Shown: piece after piece, positions 62,443-64,000 of the stretch
How the letters are laid out: each line of letters begins with the position of its first letter
Numbering within the stretch: position 1 is the first letter of the stretch
Source: Lama glama
Taxonomy: Eukaryota
Assembly (NCBI GenBank): GCA_028534125.1
Contig: CM052817.1
Span: 43,960,001-44,024,000 of the forward strand
Direction of reading: 5' to 3'
Length of the DNA stretch: 64,000 bases
Position numbers and translations under genes: made by a program
Notes under the pieces: model-generated
What the model was told of the DNA's origin: nothing
Database searches by the model: none
What the model saw: only the letters and a program-made list of their open reading frames with translations

Positions 62443-64000
62443 TTGACTGAATTCTTTACTCTCGCTTATGTGGCCTGGATAGAGCTGGGGGATAAAACTT
62501 GTTTCTAACCAGCTCTGTTGGAAGTTCTGCGTAGGCAATACAGCTCGTCACTGCGGATTGCGGAGTGGGTTGCTTTTTGGCTCTCAGCGAAAAATAAGAC
62601 AGAGTCTTGTCATATTAGCAATTATGTCATTAATGTGAGATAAGTGAATGCAAGGATAGAAACACACAAAAGCTTTTGGAGCAAATGATATTAATGCAGA
62701 CTAAGAAAGGGGAGGTGTTAACAAGTTTCTCACAAAGCTCAGGAACTCTCCTGAGCTGAGTTCCAAGAGATAGGAATCTAGGAAAGAGGAAAGAGGAGAT
62801 ATTCCAAGTTAGTTTGTTTTCAGCTGCAGGGTTCATTTGGATTACTTGGGACTGTTTGCTACAATAGCTAGTATCACTGTAATACTCTGCATTTTTATCA
62901 AACAAAACAACATTTAACATTACAAAGTATTCTTTCTGGGAAAAGTTGAACCTGAGTCTAGAGGATCTAGTCCGATCATTTATTTATAGAAAGTATGAAG
63001 ACAGAGGAGTAAGTGACACCAACACAAGGAAACAGATGAATCCAGAATGGGGAACATTGAGGAACTGACACATTTTCTGCAATGAGACAATGAAAGGGGG
63101 AAAAGTTGGGAAAAGAGACAACTGAGTACGCAAGAGACACAACAATGAAATGTGACATGTGGACTTTGTAGATGATGTCAAAGAATTATTAATAATCGTA
63201 TTAGGTACCATCTGGTATTGTGGTCAAGTTTTTAAGCACTGCATACTTAAGTATGCAACAGAGAAATGACACAATACCCCGTACTTTGAACTACTGTAGA
63301 AAAAAAAGACAAAAGGGATAGTTAAGCTAAGATGGAAAATCTTGATCTCTGTGCACTTTGGGTGATGGGTAAATGTGATTCATTATTCTTTTCAATTTTG
63401 TTAATGTTTAAAATTTTTATAATGTCCTTTGTTCAAAGTTCATTTCTTGTGTTTCCCTAGTATCCCTAGTGGGGTACTTTCCTTCTGATGATGTTGCTTT
63501 CATCTTGGGGTTCTCTTTTGCTGAAAAAGACCTCTCTGAGTTTTCTGCATCCAAATGGGCTGCAGAAAGAGAGAAGAGTGAAATTCACTCACTGGCTTCC
63601 ACTGACATCCCCTTAGCAAAAACGTGTCCTCTGGCTTTACCTAGACAGAAAGTCGCTCCTGAATGCACAGCCACTTCTAGCCTCTACTGCACACTGGGAA
63701 GGCAGAGCAAAGCTCTTCAGTGGATGGCTCATTGTCTCTGCTACATGCAGATTTCTGGGATCTGACAGCAGGGATTCTGGTTTAGCAGGCACGGGCGGCC
63801 TCAGCAATCTGCTTCCTTAACAAGTCCCACAGGTGACTCTGTGACACAGGGCACACTAAATATCTTCCATTTACTCTCCCAGGCAACACTCCGCCCTTCA
63901 CCACCACGTGCCCTGCACGGCCGACCACCATGGACTATGTCAAGGAGTTCCTTTGCCCTGTGGCTTCCAGTGGGGTTCAGCCAAAGCTGAGCACAGACTA

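Noticed and set aside
11280..64000. An intact CXCL13 gene
   Set aside because: I found no exons matching CXCL13 (signal peptide, CRC...C, CVDPQAEW). If synteny holds, it lies beyond the right edge of the window.

Overview
This is mammalian genomic DNA, most likely from a camelid, judging by a tRNA-derived Vic-1-type SINE at about 22.7 kb and cetartiodactyl-type L1 3' ends. The only real coding sequence is the last coding exon of CNOT6L (CCR4-NOT deadenylase; 3949-4161, +). It is preceded by part of the last intron and followed by a 3' UTR of about 7.1 kb that is rich in miRNA, Pumilio and CPE motifs, appears free of transposons, and ends at an AATAAA at 11255. The remaining ~52 kb is intergenic and dominated by fossil repeats (L1, L2, MIR, MaLR/ERVL LTRs, hAT and Tigger DNA transposons), with a 500-N assembly gap. 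The most unusual items are: a ZNF274-like KRAB-A retrocopy made from a partly spliced transcript and inserted into a MIR with target-site duplications; a hAT-Blackjack transposase fossil split by nested L1s; candidate CTCF and CpG-rich regulatory patches; and weak, speculative minus-strand chemokine-like exon relics in what is the CNOT6L-CXCL13 interval in other mammals. I found no convincing new biological system. Repeat family names come from recalled consensus sequences, not from a database search, and most repeat boundaries are approximate.
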